From NCBI GenBank assembly GCA_964416445.1, contig CAYQEE010000002.1:42691-106690 (forward strand): 64,000 nucleotides of DNA, in the 5' to 3' direction. Position 1 is the stretch's first letter. Each line of letters opens with the position of its first letter. The notes under the pieces were generated by a model, which was not told where the DNA came from, ran no database searches, and saw nothing but the letters and a program-made list of their open reading frames with translations. This DNA comes from an uncultured Gammaproteobacteria bacterium. Lineage in GTDB: Bacteria; Patescibacteriota; Microgenomatia; Levybacterales; UBA12049. The position numbers were made by a program, and so were the translations under genes. Positions 62,594-64,000 of this stretch are shown one piece after another.

Positions 62594-64000
62594 TTGTACA
62601 ATTTGCTCATCGAACACCAATACTTTATCATTGATTTCGATAGTACTTTAGTGAGCGTAGAAGCTCTCGATGAGCTTGCTAAGGTTGCCCTTATAAATCA
62701 TCCTCATAAAGAGACTATCACTAAACAAATTGAAAAAATTACTCAGCAAGGTATGAATGGAGATATACCGTTCTCCGAAGCTTTAGGAAAAAGACTAAAA
62801 TTATTCTCATTACATAAAGATCATATTGCCCAAGTTATATCCAAATTACAAACGCTTATTAGCCCATCAATTGAACAAAATAGACAATTTTTCAAACAGT
62901 ATGCACAATACATCTACATCATTTCAGGAGGATTTAAAGAATATATATCACCCATCGCTTCATCCCTCGGTATTTTAGAAAACCATATCCTTGCTAATGA
63001 ATTTATTTTCGATACGAAAGGTAATGTTCTTGGTTACAATAAAAAAAATCCTCTTTCTCAAGATAAAGGCAAAATAAAAGTGATACAACAATTACATCTT
63101 AAAGGCAATGTCACTGTTATCGGAGATGGTTACACAGATTATCAAATTAAAGAAGCAGGTCTTGCCAATGAATTTATAGCATATACTGAAAATATTATTC
63201 GCCCGAATGTTACCAAAAAAGCTGATAAAACTATTAAAAACTTCGATGAGTTCTTACATTATTATAATTTTCCACGATCATTATCCTATCCAAAAAGCAA
63301 AATAAAGGTACTCTTGCTTGAGAATATTCATCAAGTTGCGATTGAACAATTAAAACAAGAAGGTTATCAGGTAGAAAGCTTAAGTACTTCCTTATCAGAG
63401 GAAGAATTAGTAAACAAAATAGAAGACATATCTCTTTTGGGAATTCGTTCAAAAACAGAAATTTCAAAAAAAGTACTTGATCAGGCAAAAAAACTTCTTT
63501 CAATTGGCGCATTTTGTATTGGAACAAACCAAATAGATCTTACCTATGCTACTCAAAAAGGAGTCTGTGTTTTTAATGCTCCATATAGCAATACCCGATC
63601 AGTTGTGGAGCTGGTCATGGGAGAAATTATTATGCTTTATCGTAGAGTCTTTGATAAAAGCAATAAACTTCATAAAGGGATATGGGATAAATCAGCAAAG
63701 AATAGTTTTGAAGTCCGAGGGAAAAAACTAGGTATTATTGGGTATGGAAATATTGGTACGCAGTTGTCAGTACTTGCAGAAAACTTTGGAATGAAAGTTT
63801 ATTTTTATGACATTAATGATAAACTCGCTCTCGGTAATGCTATTAAATGTACCTCACTCGAAGAGCTTCTGAAGATTGCAGATGTTATAACAGTCCATGT
63901 TGACGGTAAAAAATCAAATACCAATATGATTGGTGATCGAGAGTTTTCTTTGATGAAAAAGGGGGTTATTTTTCTCAATTTAAGTCGAGGCTTTGTTGTT
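62594..64000 (+). CDS. Fusion protein: HAD phosphoserine-phosphatase-like domain + D-3-phosphoglycerate dehydrogenase (SerB-SerA). 3'-partial (runs off window); start codon uncertain (TTG at 62594 or 62603)
   Basis: Open frame from after TAA 62513-62515 to the window end. HAD motif I FIIDFDSTLV. …GDGYTDYQIKEAG (motif IV-like). Then the 2-hydroxyacid dehydrogenase NAD-binding motif GIIGYGNIGTQLS. No in-frame ATG near the 5' end. Confidence 0.65.
   Translation, partial: MYNLLIEHQYFIIDFDSTLVSVEALDELAKVALINHPHKETITKQIEKITQQGMNGDIPFSEALGKRLKLFSLHKDHIAQVISKLQTLISPSIEQNRQFFKQYAQYIYIISGGFKEYISPIASSLGILENHILANEFIFDTKGNVLGYNKKNPLSQDKGKIKVIQQLHLKGNVTVIGDGYTDYQIKEAGLANEFIAYTENIIRPNVTKKADKTIKNFDEFLHYYNFPRSLSYPKSKIKVLLLENIHQVAIEQLKQEGYQVESLSTSLSEEELVNKIEDISLLGIRSKTEISKKVLDQAKKLLSIGAFCIGTNQIDLTYATQKGVCVFNAPYSNTRSVVELVMGEIIMLYRRVFDKSNKLHKGIWDKSAKNSFEVRGKKLGIIGYGNIGTQLSVLAENFGMKVYFYDINDKLALGNAIKCTSLEELLKIADVITVHVDGKKSNTNMIGDREFSLMKKGVIFLNLSRGFVV

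Noticed and set aside
62573-62601. Sigma70-like promoter TTGCTT-N17-TACAAT in front of the SerB-SerA ORF
   Set aside because: The predicted start site would fall downstream of the only plausible (TTG) start codons. Such hexamers are likely chance matches in AT-rich DNA.

Overview
This is a low-GC (roughly 30%) bacterial window with a Candidate-Phyla-Radiation-like gene set, judged by eye. It has a short S1 protein, an archaeal-type UMP kinase, an ATP-dependent DNA ligase, an EndoQ-like PHP nuclease, Rho with an N-terminal extension, and a 23S rRNA gene carrying an intron. The long ORFs are intact, which points to the standard genetic code.

Layout of the window:
- 1-17.4 kb: a cell-envelope neighbourhood. 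It holds a 2231-aa Ser/Thr/Asn/Gly-rich giant surface protein whose cytoplasmic N-terminus carries two tyrosine-recombinase core-binding (SAM-like) domains without a catalytic domain. Nearby are an O-antigen-ligase-like polytopic protein with TPR repeats, a UgtP/GT28-like and a GT2 glycosyltransferase, a LysM/M23 peptidase, rho, tandem tRNA-Ala genes and a zinc-ribbon protein.
- 17.4-19.9 kb: an unusual 2.4-kb ORF-free, AT-rich stretch.
- 19.9-27.1 kb: yacL-radA-S1, then a minus-strand tRNA-Ala(UGC)-23S-5S rRNA unit with no 16S gene. The 23S gene is interrupted by a ~313-nt ORF-less group-I-like intron at the L2500 site.
- 27.3-43.9 kb: the most striking region. It is a block of five very large or mosaic proteins with no recognisable housekeeping role. 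One is 1787 aa with an M48-like HExxH protease motif plus an ABC1/UbiB-like atypical kinase domain. Two are paralogs, one ending in a PlsC-like acyltransferase domain. One is 927 aa with an embedded HAD hydrolase domain. One is 1602 aa, two-TM and proline-rich. Together they look like a candidate effector or host-interaction gene island.
- 44-64 kb: a redox module (trxB, trxA, a circularly permuted DsbA-like protein with a cytoplasmic Cys cluster, a CxxC membrane protein), then acylphosphatase, pth, an EndoQ-like nuclease adjacent to an ATP-dependent DNA ligase, a Fic protein, Nnr dehydratase, recF, archaeal-type pyrH, fpg, GT4, a class IV aminotransferase and a SerB-SerA fusion running off the end.

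No CRISPR array, transposase or integrase catalytic domain was seen.
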